Positions 1 through 11,482 of a stretch of 64,000 nt of DNA are shown here, one piece after another; positions within the stretch are counted from its first letter, which is position 1; every line of letters starts with the position of its first letter. The notes beneath the pieces are model-generated. The model was not told the origin of the DNA. It did not search any database and saw only the letters and a list, made by a program, of their open reading frames with translations. Origin of the DNA: Camelus ferus (taxonomy: Eukaryota); NCBI RefSeq assembly GCF_009834535.1, contig NC_045696.1, forward strand, positions 62,808,001 to 62,872,000, read 5' to 3'. A program made the position numbers and the translations under genes.

Positions 1-84
1 AAATTTTGGGGAAATCTCCAGAAAATGGGAGAGGGAGGAGACAAAGGTGGAAAACAGTAAAGTTTTTTTTTAATTAGTTGATTT

Positions 85-540
85 CAGAGGTCCAATAGGA
101 GTTCTAGAAAGAAATCAGATAAAGAAGGAGGAAGGATATTACCAAAGAAATAAATAAGACATGTAAGAAAATAGAAAAAATAATTTCCCAGAACCGGAGG
201 ACGTAATGCCCAGTCCATACACTGCAAGAAAGCCTGTATCAGTGCAATCAATATGAAATTTAAGAATGCCAGAGATAAATAGAAAAATCCGAAAAACTTC
301 CAGTCAAGTGTGAAGATGGAACAAAGACATTTTCAGACACAAAATATCAGAACATTTGCCTCTCACGCATCTCTCACAGGAAGCTTTAGGGGAAAACGTC
401 CCCCAAAGAAAGGCGAATGCACAGGAGCCAGGCAGGTGGGGTCCAATCCAGCCGAGGGGGGCAGGGAGCCCAGCTGCACAGCACGCCCAGAGTATCAATT
501 GGGACAGAAGGTCCAAGGGGTCTGGCGGGAAAATAGAACT
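85..540 (+). mobile_element. Ancient L1/HAL1-like ORF1-region fragment, heavily decayed
   Basis: A-rich segments 'ataggagttctagaaa', 'aatttcccagaac' and 'atgaaatttaagaatgccagagataaatagaaaaatcc' resemble old L1 ORF1 sequence. No intact frame. Confidence 0.5.
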
Positions 541-772
541 CATAAAATAATAGTGACTTATTTGATCAAAAAATTGTATTGCTAGGCCTGAGGTGGTATA
601 GGAAGATCAAGCCAGATAGAGAACTAAAATTTTTTTTCCTGGAGTTAATTAGTTTCATTTGACTGAAGAAGGAAAATACATTCATTTGACCCAACAGTGA
701 ATGATATTAACATACTGATATAAATAAGATACTATTACAGATTTCCTTAAAACTCACACGTAAGGAGAGAGG

Positions 773-1241
773 TGCCAAATAAAAACTGTCCCTCGCCATC
801 TGGTTCTGTAAGATTGAAGTCACTAGCCACTGCACGTGCTGACTTTCAACACATCCTGAAAGGAGTTCAGGGTGGAGATCGGGAATGAGGCACTCTGTGC
901 TCTGGGAGTAACTGACAGAACAGGACTTTAGACAGATATTTTCAGGAGAAAATTTTATGAGCCCAATTTCTCACATCTTCTCATATCTAGAAAAGCACTA
1001 AAAATCATTAAGGGAGACACCTGCTCCTCGCGACTAGCAGCAACCCTCTGCCAAAATGTGTGCTTGGTTGCATGTACCTCCTTCACCAAAAACATATGTA
1101 GTACTGACCTCCCTCCCCACCTCTTCAGAGCAGCTCCTCAGAGCTATCTGAGAGGCCGTCACATGGGCTATAGTCCTCAATTTGCCCCAAATAAAACTTT
1201 GCTCACTATTTCCACATTGTCCATTTGTTTTTCAGCCGACA
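773..1241 (+). mobile_element. Solo LTR, ERV1-class
   Basis: TG...CA termini, near-TSD gagg (769-772) / gagc (1242-1245), AATAAA at about 1190, and a 3' block 'cctcagagctatctgagaggc...ggctatagtcctca' typical of ERV1 LTRs. Confidence 0.7.
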
Positions 1242-1979
1242 GAGCGAAAGGGATGTCAAATACTTTAAATCATTATTTACTATCAGAAGTTAACAGACAT
1301 TATATAAAATTGATCATCAAAAGCTAGCAAGATGCATATTGTTTAGAAATATGGAGGGAAATAGTGGGAAGAAGCTAGAGGCACTGAAAGAAATAGTTTC
1401 TGAGGACTTATGAGGAAGGGTAGACAAGATACTGCAGGTTTTTAAGAGAAGTTTTTAGCACTGTTTGACTTTAAGAAATGATTTGCATGCAATGCTTTGA
1501 CAAAAATAAGAACTCATGGCAAAGAGAGGATGTTTAAAGTCTCAGGACTGATTGAAATCCTTAGGAAGGATGTACACAGCAAGGTTGTGAGGGCCCAGGA
1601 CCAGGCCATGAACACTCCGACATTTAGATGCTAATCTGAGGAGGAGGAACAGTTAGCACTCAGTGCTGGGGACTGGGGTGGGTGGGAAACAAGAAGAGGG
1701 AAGGGACCAGAGGAGCCAAGAGGAGGAGGAGGGAATGGTAGCTGAATGCTGTTGGCTCTGGAAAATAAAGTTGGGAGAAAGTTATTCTTTATGGTATATG
1801 AATGCAGTAGAATTAAAGAAGGCTTTTTAAACTGTATAATTCAGACTCAGCTAAATCAGCCTGGCGTTCTCCCCTCAGTATAGATTTAAAACCTTTGGCT
1901 GTCATATCACTAGCAATCCCATTTCATCGCCTACCCTCAGTAGAGAACAACTTTCTTCCCTCTGCCCCAAATCGAATTT

Positions 1980-3191
1980 GTGCTGGAGCTGGCTCAGACC
2001 AGCTTGCGAGAGCTGACTGTTAATTTGTCGGGGATTTTGCAATCTGGTTGTGTGACACTGATTTGTAATAAGAAATACGTTGCCCTGTTTCTAACTCAGA
2101 GCTTCTATCCCTCAAGTGGCAGAGATCAAGGTGTTTTTCGTTATGTTAATCAGGTTACTTTTGGGATGCCCCCAGGTCACCTAAGGACTGGGGCTGGTTC
2201 CCAGAAGAAACAACCCCATGATTGGAGGCTGGAATTTTCAGTGCAGCCTCTCCCATCTTTCTACCCCTGGGGAGGGAAGAGGGGGGCTGAAGGTTGAATC
2301 AATCACCAAAGGCCAATGATTTAATCAAACGCCTATATATAAAGCCTCCACAAAACCCCAAAAGGATGGAGTTTGGAGAGCTTTCTGGTTGAACACGTGG
2401 AGATTCAGGTAGAATGGCACACCGGGGGAGAGCCTGGGAGCCCTTCCCACGTAGGTCGCCCTAAGCATATCTTCCATCTGGTTGGTCCTGAGTTACAATC
2501 CTTTAATAATAAACTGGTACTCTAGTAAGTAAAATGTTTCTCTGAATTCTATGAACCGCTCTAGCAAATTAGCTGAATCCAAGAAGAGGGGTCATGGGAA
2601 CCTCTGATCTATAGCTGGTTGGTCACAAGCACAGGTGACAATCTGGATTTGTGACTGGCATCTAAAGTTGAGGAGGGGCATTCTTGTGAGACTGAGCCCT
2701 TAACCTGGGGGATCTGATGCTACCTCTGAGTAGAGTGTCAGAATTGAGTTAAAACACCCAGGTGGTGTCTGGAGAATTGTTTTTTTGGTGTGGGGACCCC
2801 CCGGCCCCCATGCCACGCATGTACACCCATGCATTAGAACCACCTTTTAGGTTGTTAAATATAACCATCATTAAAGATTAAACTATAAACTTTCAATTAA
2901 ATTATCTTAAAAGCAAAAATAACCAATACTCAAAACTTATCACTTCCTAATTATATTACACCATTTTACAGTTCTTTATGCTGTTGAGGTTATCTGTACC
3001 TGTACAGTGGAAATACCATCCAAAAGCACACTACTGGGCATCTTTCTTGACTCTGCATTGGTGACATCATGTTGGTAGCTTGAATTAAACCACAGTGGGA
3101 ATATTTACACCCCGAGAAACTGGCAAACACCACAAACCTGGGCTTTCCCCCACAGATTGCCAGTGGTTAAACATATACCAGTACATCACTG
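1980..3191. mobile_element. MER63-like hAT (Blackjack group) DNA transposon, split by an LTR
   Basis: Left end 'gtgctggagctggctcagaccagcttgcgagagctgactgttaa' and right end 'ggttaaacatataccagtacatcactg' match recalled MER63 termini. The sequence resumes 'ggttgttaaat' after the LTR. Confidence 0.75.
2051..2849 (+). mobile_element. MER21-like solo LTR nested in MER63
   Basis: Starts TGTGA. MER21-type blocks 'ggggctgaaggttgaatcaatcaccaaaggccaatgatttaatcaa' and 'ctctagcaaattagctgaatccaag'. Flanked by 5-bp TSD GGTTG (2046-2050, 2850-2854). Confidence 0.8.
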
Positions 3192-3954
3192 CTTATACAA
3201 TTCTTCGCGTGTTCCTGTGGGATATACAGATGGATGAATGGGTAGGTGGCTAGTGGGTGGGTTGGTTGTGTTGCCGGCTGGCTGGAAGGCCCCTCCCCCC
3301 TTTCTGACAGTCACTGGAGCCTAAAGACCACATTCCCAGGGCACGAAGAGCAGAGCAACACAAGGAAGGGCCGACTTTAGCTGCCAGTTGTCTGTTCTTA
3401 GCTGAAAAGTATCACCAACCTGCTCAGTCTCGTCCAAGCATGGAGAACAAACGGCTTGCTTTGAGAAGTGAGATATCTCCACCGATATTGCTAAGAGAAG
3501 GAAAGCCTTTCATGCAGAGGGAAGAGGGTACTTTTTATCCTTTTTATGCTTGTACATGGCCTTATTGTCAAGCTGTCCCCTGCCTGTTCTCTGCCCACCG
3601 CACCCCAGTGCTGGGGGTTGACAGCACACTCCTCACTGACACACTTCTTATTTCCATGGAGCCTCTGCTGCAGCTAGGCTGAGGGAAGAGCTAGGAACAC
3701 AGCTCAGATCATACAGAAATGGCTGACAAAACAAAACTAAGGCAGACGCTGGTGCAACAGAATATGAAGGGTGCAGCATAACCTGGGACTCCCCAATAAT
3801 GAGAGGTATGAATGGCAGCGGGGTGGCATATACCCGATTCCCCTGGAGAAGCAATGCTGGGCATGTTTACTCACAAGCACTCACCCCCACACCATCTTGC
3901 TCAAGAACGTCAGGAAATACCTCTTACAATTTTCCGGGCTCCTTGAAATGCTGG

Positions 3955-4330
3955 AGGGCTGGGTTCTCATCCCAGCTGTTTCTCTGTGACACTGGTATGT
4001 TAATTCACCCCTCCGGGCCTCTGTTTTCCATCTGTAAAGTAACAGAGTGAGCTTAGATCAGCATCTCTCAGAACACATTAATGGCTATTAAAAAAAGGTT
4101 TTGTGGTCAGAAGTCAAAAGACTTTGGGGGCAAAATGTTTGGAAAGCCCTATACCCACACTGGATCCCTTTCTTGGAGAGTCACAATGCTCTTGTGTACA
4201 TATTAGAGGCTCTGAGAAGTCCTGCAGGAGAGAACTATGTTTGTTTTCATTCTAAGACATCTCAAATTTATTTCATGACAGAATCCTTTTTAAAGAATTG
4301 TTGTTTTGGAGTATCTTCAGGGATGGGTAG
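3955..4330. mobile_element. MIR fragment followed by a Charlie4-like hAT fragment
   Basis: 'gggcctctgttttccatctgtaaa' (MIR core), then 'ttggagagtcacaatgc...tattagaggctctgagaagtcctgcag' (Charlie4-like). Confidence 0.55.
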
Positions 4331-4429
4331 GGGGTCCCTAGCATGATCTACCTGATTCCAGGAGTAATTATGGTCATTTCATGTTTATTTCCAAGTCACT
4401 GGCCACAGGGTAAAGTGGGACTGGATGGA

Positions 4430-4650
4430 ACAAACATTGTGGGCCTCCTCTGTTCCAGGTGCTTTTTATATCTATCACGTTATTTAAACCTAATGAAAGA
4501 CTCTGAAAGGAGATCATATTGCATCAATTTAACAGATGAAAAATAGAAGGTTTAATGATGTTAAATTACTGACCTAAAGCCTCACGGGCAGCAAGTAGCA
4601 GAGTTAAGATGCATCCAGAGTGTCTGGTTCTGACCCCTTGACCTTCGCTC
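4430..4650 (-). mobile_element. MIR SINE
   Basis: 'atttaacagatgaaaaatagaagg...gacctaaagcctcacgggcagcaagtagcagag' is the reverse MIR core. Confidence 0.6.
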
Positions 4651-5907
4651 CCCACTGGGCGTCTCCCAGGAGGGTAGACAGACCTGGACTTGGCTTGTGC
4701 TCTTTCTCACTTTCTGGGCATGGGCTGAGCTGTTCCGTTGCCTTCTGGGCCTGGGCAAGCCCTCCCCAGCCGTGAGGCTCCCGTATTCAGCCCCCAAGGG
4801 CAACTGCCCCTATCTCTGGCCTGCAGCTGCTCTGTGGCCTGGCTGCCACCCTGCACTCCAGGCTCACCAAGTATTTGGTTCTCCTCCATTTCTGCCTGGT
4901 ATCCTCCACCTCATCTCCCACCTGAAGTCTCCCCCAGCTCTCCCACTGCCCTCTCTGCACTCCCTCCCCTTTCTCATTCCTGGCACTCAGAAGCAGTCAG
5001 TCTTAGAGACATCCCTGTGCTTTCTTTTCCTCAAGACTGTTCCTTGAGAACAGGGTCTGTGTCCCCTGGTTGCTGGCTCTGGGGTTACTTTGGGAAGCCT
5101 GGGGTCAGCCCAGCACTTCCTTGAGTGTGTCAACGAGTTTCTGGGACCCTGCTCCCGGTCCCTCTACACCCTCACCCCAACCCTAATCCCTGAGAGACAG
5201 AAGGGTGAGTAGATGGAAGCTTGGTAGATAGAAGAGACACTGGCTTCAGACAGACCAGCCCTGACCCTCCACCGTAACCTCTCTGAGCCTCACCTGTGAG
5301 ACGGAGATCCTGGGGTGGCCTTGAAAACTGAACAGAATAAGGCACCTGGAGTTCTCAGCACCAGGCTCTGCACACAGTGAGTGAGCGATACAGGCAGAGA
5401 GAATGAAGACGGCTCTGCTGAAGACACCTCAGGGCCAGAGCGAGCCCTCCAAGGCTGCTGCTCAAGGCTAGGCTCTCTGGGAAGTGTGCTCGGGATGAAG
5501 ATCAGCAAACGGGGCGTGTACTGGAGGGAGCTGGTAGGGTCCACACCTGTGAGAGGGAAGGGCCAGAAGCAGGACTGCGTTAAAGGAAGAAGCTGGAGTT
5601 TCAGCTGACTCCGAGGGCCTGGGATCTGGAGCGGTAGGGGTGGGGGGTGTGGCGAGGCTTCAGTATTGTCCTGTGTTGGGGTGACAGGCCAGACATTTAC
5701 ACCCTGAAGTTGATCACTCACCTACTGTGGGACACCGAGAGGTGGGTGAGACCTCGCTGCCAGCAGGTCTCTTCAGCCCAGCCCAGCCACACGGGGAAGA
5801 GAGTGGAGGTGTCTTCTGGCTGTGCTCTCAGCAACAGGGATGAATCCTTTCTTCCAAAGGGAGTCTGAGCAGCCCATCGTGGTGCCCAACCCAAAAGTCC
5901 TCAAGAG

Positions 5908-6062
5908 CAGTGGTTCTCAAACTCGAATCACTTGGAGGGTTTTAAAGCATTTCTGGAACCTGGAGCTCTGGAGTTTCTGATTCATCAGGTCCGGAGTGGG
6001 CCGGAGAATTTGCTCCAGGTGGTGCTGCTGCTGCCCCGGGGACCACGTTCTGAGCACGACTG
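5908..6062. mobile_element. MER5A-like hAT-Charlie MITE
   Basis: Terminus 'cagtggttctcaaact', internal 'gagtttctgattca', end 'ggggaccacgttctgagcacgactg'. Confidence 0.75.
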
Positions 6063-6281
6063 TTACAACCCCCTCACACTCTGCGGATGGGGGATTACTT
6101 GGGGACTGTGTGATATTCTGTACCCCAATAGTCTCTTATCCAAGGGTTTTTGCATCCGATGACTTGCTTGTGTGAATTATTCTAACAGTGGTTGCAAATG
6201 GTATTTTCTCTAATTCCTTCTGAGTTTATTAGCTGGCATTTTACTATAAAGAGGAGCTTTCTCTCTCTTTACCCTTCAGAC

Positions 6282-6461
6282 CAGTGGCTCTATATTTGAA
6301 TTACCTGGAGCTTTTAAAAATAATTAAAGTCCGCCTCCTCCCCCACCCCACCCCCCGTTCTGATTTAATTGATCTCATTGGGGCATGAGCATCAATATAT
6401 TTTTAAAGTTCCCAGGTGATTCTGCTGTGTAGTTTGGGCTGAGAGCCTGCTCTGAGTACTG
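6282..6461. mobile_element. MER5-family MITE
   Basis: 'ttctgatttaattg...ttttaaagttcccaggtgattctg'. Confidence 0.6.
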
Positions 6462-7695
6462 GAGAGCCACAGAAAAGAGTTCGATGGAGGGGAGTGAAGG
6501 CCCAGTTGGAGTTTCAGAAAGGGCCCTCTGGCTGCAGAGGGGAAGGCGCTTTCAAGTGGGGAGGGCTGGGGGCAGGGAGCCGACTGGAGTGAGAATGCTT
6601 TTGCAATAATCCTGCTGAAACACCATAAAGGAGAAACCGAAGAAAAAAGTTCATGTGCAAAAGCATTTTGATGCCGCAGTCCTGGGAGTTGTCTTTGAGG
6701 AAGTTGTGGGCTGAAGTTAACAAACAAACAAAAATTAATAGGCAAGCCTTTCTCTTTTTCATTTGTGGCATGGCCCATGGTTCAAGCATTTTCACATCCC
6801 TCCAAACTCATACTTAGAAGCATTTGGGAAGACAGCAGGACTGAAGGTGAGGGTGAAGCGTGTATCCCCCACCATGTTTGCTCTCCAGCCCCCCAGAGCT
6901 GAGGTCCAATGAAATAATACTTGCAAAAGCCAACTGGCTATGAAACCAGCTCCTTTCTTTGCCTCCCCACCCTCGCCGAGGCCCCAGCTTCAGAGGCCCC
7001 TCCTCACCACACTTTCCCCTCTCAGCCCTAGCTCTGGCTCCCTGGCAGTTTGCTCTGGGTCCTGTGACACCCCAGAGCAGGCCCCTTTATGAACTGCCAA
7101 GCCCTGGCCACCCGGCCCTCTGCAGCCAAAGACTCACCCGAAAGGACCAAGCTTTTTTCTCTCCTTTGAGTTTTTCTCCCTTTCTTGGAGAATGTCAAAC
7201 AGAGAAATGCAGTTGAGAGGAAATCAATATCCTCAGATGGAGAACTTGCTGCACTTACAGCAAATCAATTTGGCACAAATTGACAGAGCACCTGCTGTGG
7301 GTGGGGCCCTCAGCACCAGCCCCGGAGGGAATCAGAGTTGAATCAGCTCCCGCTGGGCCAGAGAAGATCACAGGCAGGAGGGGAGATGGACACTGGCATC
7401 AATAATTTATATTAAAGCTGAAGAGTGTTGCCAAACCAGAACACCATTTACGCCTCTGAGCCGCCACTTCCTTACCTGCGGGATGCTGGCAATAATACCT
7501 ACAAAGATTTGTTGTGTGGAAAACAGGAAATGAATTTTTAAAAATGCATGTGAAAGGACTTTGAAAGTCCTATCTGTGCTTCCCTATCCATAATGACCAA
7601 TGTTACAATGGCAGGGCATGAGAAGGAGAGATTGGTTCAGAGCTGGGGGCTCTGGGCGTGTTTCTTGAAGGCTGGATTTGCACCTTAAAAATGCT

Positions 7696-8175
7696 GTAAT
7701 ATTAGGTTTGACTGTTAGTAGCAGAGAAATCCAAAATAGCAAAATACAAACCTCTTTCTTTTCATAGAACTATCCAGAGGTAGGGGGCCTATACTGCCAG
7801 CATAGCAGCTCCATGGGGTCAAGAACACATAGTAGTCTTCTGCCTTGTTGGTTTTCTATATATTGCTTCTGACCCAAGACTACCTCATGGTCCAAAATGG
7901 CTGCTCCAGTTCTAGCCATTAAACCCACATTCCAGACATCAAGGAGGAGGACAAGAAAAGGAGAAAGGAATATCCCTTCCCTTTAAAAAAAAAAAAAAAA
8001 AAAAAGGCCCCGAAGTGGCACTTACCTATTGACTAGATCTTCGTCACATGGCCATATTTACTATAAGAAATGCTGGGAAATATAGTCTTTATTCTGAGTG
8101 GCCATGTTCTTAGCTAAATATCCCATGGAACAGGAGAGAACAGCTATTGAGACCAATAAGCCTCAGCTGCTACAG
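7696..8175 (-). mobile_element. LTR33-like ERVL LTR
   Basis: 'cctcatggtccaaaatggctgctccagttctagccatt...cacattccag' and 'gtcacatggccatattta...gctgggaaatatagtcttt'. Confidence 0.65.
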
Positions 8176-8259
8176 CAGGGCAGGCCCCTGTCTGCCTGCA
8201 GGCTTTGTCTCCAGCTCATTTCATTCCTTTCTTTTTTTTTTTTTTCTGGTTGGTTCCAT

Positions 8260-8615
8260 TTTTCTTTTTCTTTTTTTAAATTGAAGTATAGTGTGTCAAT
8301 TTCTGGCATACATCATAATATTTCAAATACATACATGTATTTGTTTTTCTTTTCATATTCTTTTTCATTATAGGTTACTACAAGATATTGAATATAGTTC
8401 CCTGTGCTACATAGAAATTTGTTTTTTATTTATTTTATATATAGTAGTTAGTATTTGCACATCTCAAACTCCCAATTTATCCCTTCCTACCCCTTCTCCT
8501 CCTGGCAACTATAAGTTTGTTTACTATGTCTGTGAGTCTGTTTCCATTTTGTAGATAAGTTCCTTAGTGTCTTCTTTTTACTTTTCTTTTTTTTCAATTC
8601 CATACAAGTGATCTC
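8260..8615 (-). mobile_element. 5'-truncated L1 3' UTR (cetartiodactyl/camelid type, older subfamily)
   Basis: T-rich tail on the left, then 'ttgaagtatag', 'acaagatattgaatatagttccctgtgcta' and 'ctatgtctgtgagtctgtttc'. Homologous in reverse to the L1 3' ends at 10.5 and 34.5 kb. Confidence 0.85.
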
Positions 8616-10483
8616 ATCTCTTTTTGCTTTAATGAGACCTCTTTCTGCTGCCCTCCGTCCCCCTTCAATTTGGTATCCAGAAGAATGAACCCGCAAGGGA
8701 TGGGCCGGCTGGCTCTGAATTCTAACTTCCCTGGGAAAGCACAGAAAGTTCCATACATTGTTTCAGCTGCTCCAGAAAGAGCTCTGCCAGGAGCAGACGG
8801 GTGACGTGGGGGATTGTGTACTGATGTCTGCAACAATATTGGTGGTGGCAGGAATCCAGTGATCTGAAGATTTTCCCCCTGAGAGGAGGGGTCCTCTTTG
8901 AGGTCCCAGGAGGGAAGGCCTTCTGAGGAGCTGATGGAGACTCGCACCTCCTCTCCCCAGTAGTGGGGAAGGCTGTCTCTTGGGTCCACCTCCGCTTTTC
9001 CCATGTGGACAGGTGTGGCCCAGGCCCAACCGGGCCCTGGGCTCATCTACCTGGGGAGGAGCTGGGTGAGTTGCAAAGAGAAGGTGTCCAGAGGATTCCA
9101 CCTCTGCCTGCCTTAGGGCATGCAGGCTTCAGGAACAAGAGGTGTTCTGGGAGGCTCTGGTGTTCATCTTTGCCCACCACTGCCTGGCTGCCTACAAAGG
9201 CCTCTTCACCCAGCTCACAGCCTTGCCCTGGCCCCGTGCCTGCGTCGCCTGCGTCCTCCCCCAGCCTGGTGAAAAAGCCCATCCCACCTTCGCTTACACT
9301 GATGCTTACCTGGAATGAACCCCCTGCCTCTGCCGCCTTTCACCCCAGCCCCTCCTCCAAATCCCCCTGTGCCCTCCTGCCTAGGTTCTCTGCTTCTACC
9401 CCATTTGGCTGTGACCACCCACTACCTCCCACCTAGGAATCCCCTTTGTGCTCAACACACACCTCTCCTAATAGGACCACTTTTGGTCTCAGGGTGGAGG
9501 TATTTGACACCTGTCCTGAGTTCTGCCCTAGATGAAGACCCTTGAGGTAGAGGGCCAATCTCTGTGTTTTTATCCCAATAGGGCCCTGGCCCAGAGCAGG
9601 TGCTTAGCAGGTGTGTGCTGAACGGACACTGGTGAGCAGAGCTTAGCCCATTCCCCCACTGCCCACTGAATGAGAAGTGATTACTCACGGCAGCATGGTG
9701 GTGAGCTATTAGAACCTCAAGGGTATAAGGGTGGATGTGATAAACTTGGTGGGCCGGCTGGGAACTCAGCACTGTTTGCATGGGACATACACTCAGTTCC
9801 AAACAGCCTGGTTTCAAATAAGCTCATGGGAACACGTCTTTGGTGAACCTGGGGACTCACTGCCTTCCCTGTGCCAGGCCTGGGAGCCCTGTCGGGGCAC
9901 CAGCCAAGATGGGAAGAACACGAACACTTCTGAAGAGGGAAGAAGCAGATGTGAAATGGAAAGTCCTCCAGCCCCTTGCCCCTGCCTGAAAGCACCTCCC
10001 ACCCCGCCCTTCCTGCACTCAGGAAGCCCCAGCAATCCCACTGTGGCTGGGACTGCAGCTATTTCACTGTGTCCTAAACAGATTTCTCTACCTTGAAGGT
10101 CAACATTGCAGCATTTCCTGGATCAGAAATAAAATGATCAATCATTAGATCCAGTTAGCCAAGACCCACCTCTGGGTGTGTGGAGAGGACTGCATCACCT
10201 TCCCCTTCCTTTTTAACCTGCAGCAATTTCTGTGCAGTTAACCCCGTCTGACTCGGCGTTGACTCTGCCAGGTTCCTCTGCTCAAGGCTTACTGAACAAG
10301 CCCCTGCCTCACCTGATCCCCATCTCTGCTGATCCTCACTCAGACTTACTTATCCAGCTTTGCTGTTGCTGTAATGCACCAATTAAACACTTAGTTTCAG
10401 GGTGAAAAGTGTATCCAGGACTGTTTTTATGCCTTCCCACCCCGTGTTGAAAGAGGTAATTCACGATTGAAAGTGACCTATCT

Positions 10484-10867
10484 AAGTGAAGTAAGCCAGA
10501 AAGAGAAAGAAAAATACCATATGAGATCACTCATATGTGGAATCTAAAATTAAAAAAAAAAAACATAAATACGAAACAGAAACAGACTCATAGACATGGA
10601 ATACAAACTTGTGGTTGCCAAGAAGGTGAGGGGTGGGAAGGGACAGACTGGGATTTCAAAATGTAGAATAGATAAACAAGATTATACTGTATAGCACAGG
10701 GAAATATTTACAAGATCTTGTGGTAGCTCACAGCGAAAAAAAAATGTGACAATGAATATAAGTATCTTCATGTATAACTGAAAAATTGTGCTCTACACTG
10801 GAATTTGACACAACATTGTAAAATGATTATTACTCAATAAAAAAAATGTTAAAAAAAAAAAAAAAAA
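10484..10867 (+). mobile_element. Young 5'-truncated L1 (ORF2 tip, 3' UTR, poly-A)
   Basis: Perfect 15-bp TSD GAAAGTGACCTATCT (10469-10483, 10868-10882), AATAAA and A-tail. Near-identical to 34443-34830. Confidence 0.95.
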
Positions 10868-11164
10868 GAAAGTGACCTATCTGAGGAACTGTCTCTAGGA
10901 CTAAAATCCTAGATTTTCCTCAGCTATTTGTTTTAGCATCTCCATTTTTTTACTGATAATATTTTCGATGCCTGAGACCATGTTGGAGTTTTAACTTTTT
11001 TTATCATAACTAGTTTCCATATCGAAGAGCATACTTAAGTATACAGCTCAGTGCATCTTTGCAAACAAGACATACCTGTGTAACCACTCTGTCATTTTTA
11101 AAGTCTTGATTTATCCAAATAAGAGTCTATCAGGAGGGGAAGCCCCAACTGTGGTCCCAGATCA

Positions 11165-11350
11165 GAGCCTTTGTTCCATTCACTGGGCCTCACGGCAAGC
11201 TAGAAGGTAGGTTTAACTCCATCCCTTGTGCAGAAGAGGAAGCACAGGATCCGAGAGTACCGTCGCCAGGCTAGCTGATCAGGGGGCTGGGGCTCAGACC
11301 GGCCCCCTGGCACCAAGTTTGACCTCTTCCTGCTCCCCCTGCCCGTCCTC
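11165..11350 (-). mobile_element. GC-shifted MIR SINE
   Basis: Minus strand reads 'gagccccagccccctgatcagctagcctggcgac...cctgtgcttcctcttctgcacaagggatgg...cctacct...ttgccgtgagg', colinear with the MIR consensus. Confidence 0.55.
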
Positions 11351-11427
11351 CGGCACCGCTCGTTGTGATGCATGATCTGCTCTCTGGCCTTCCTGGAGCT
11401 GATGTGCCCGAAGTGTGGTCCCCAAAC

Positions 11428-11482
11428 AGTGGATGGATGGACAAATGGATGGATGGACAAACAGATGGATTGACAGGGATGG
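11428..11482. repeat. Imperfect (GGAT)n microsatellite
   Basis: ggatggatggacaaatggatggatggacaaacagatggat. Confidence 0.8.

Noticed and set aside
11234..11278. Apparent last coding exon 'cag|KRKHRIREYRRQAS*'
   Set aside because: It lies within a MIR on the opposite strand, and no upstream exons support it.
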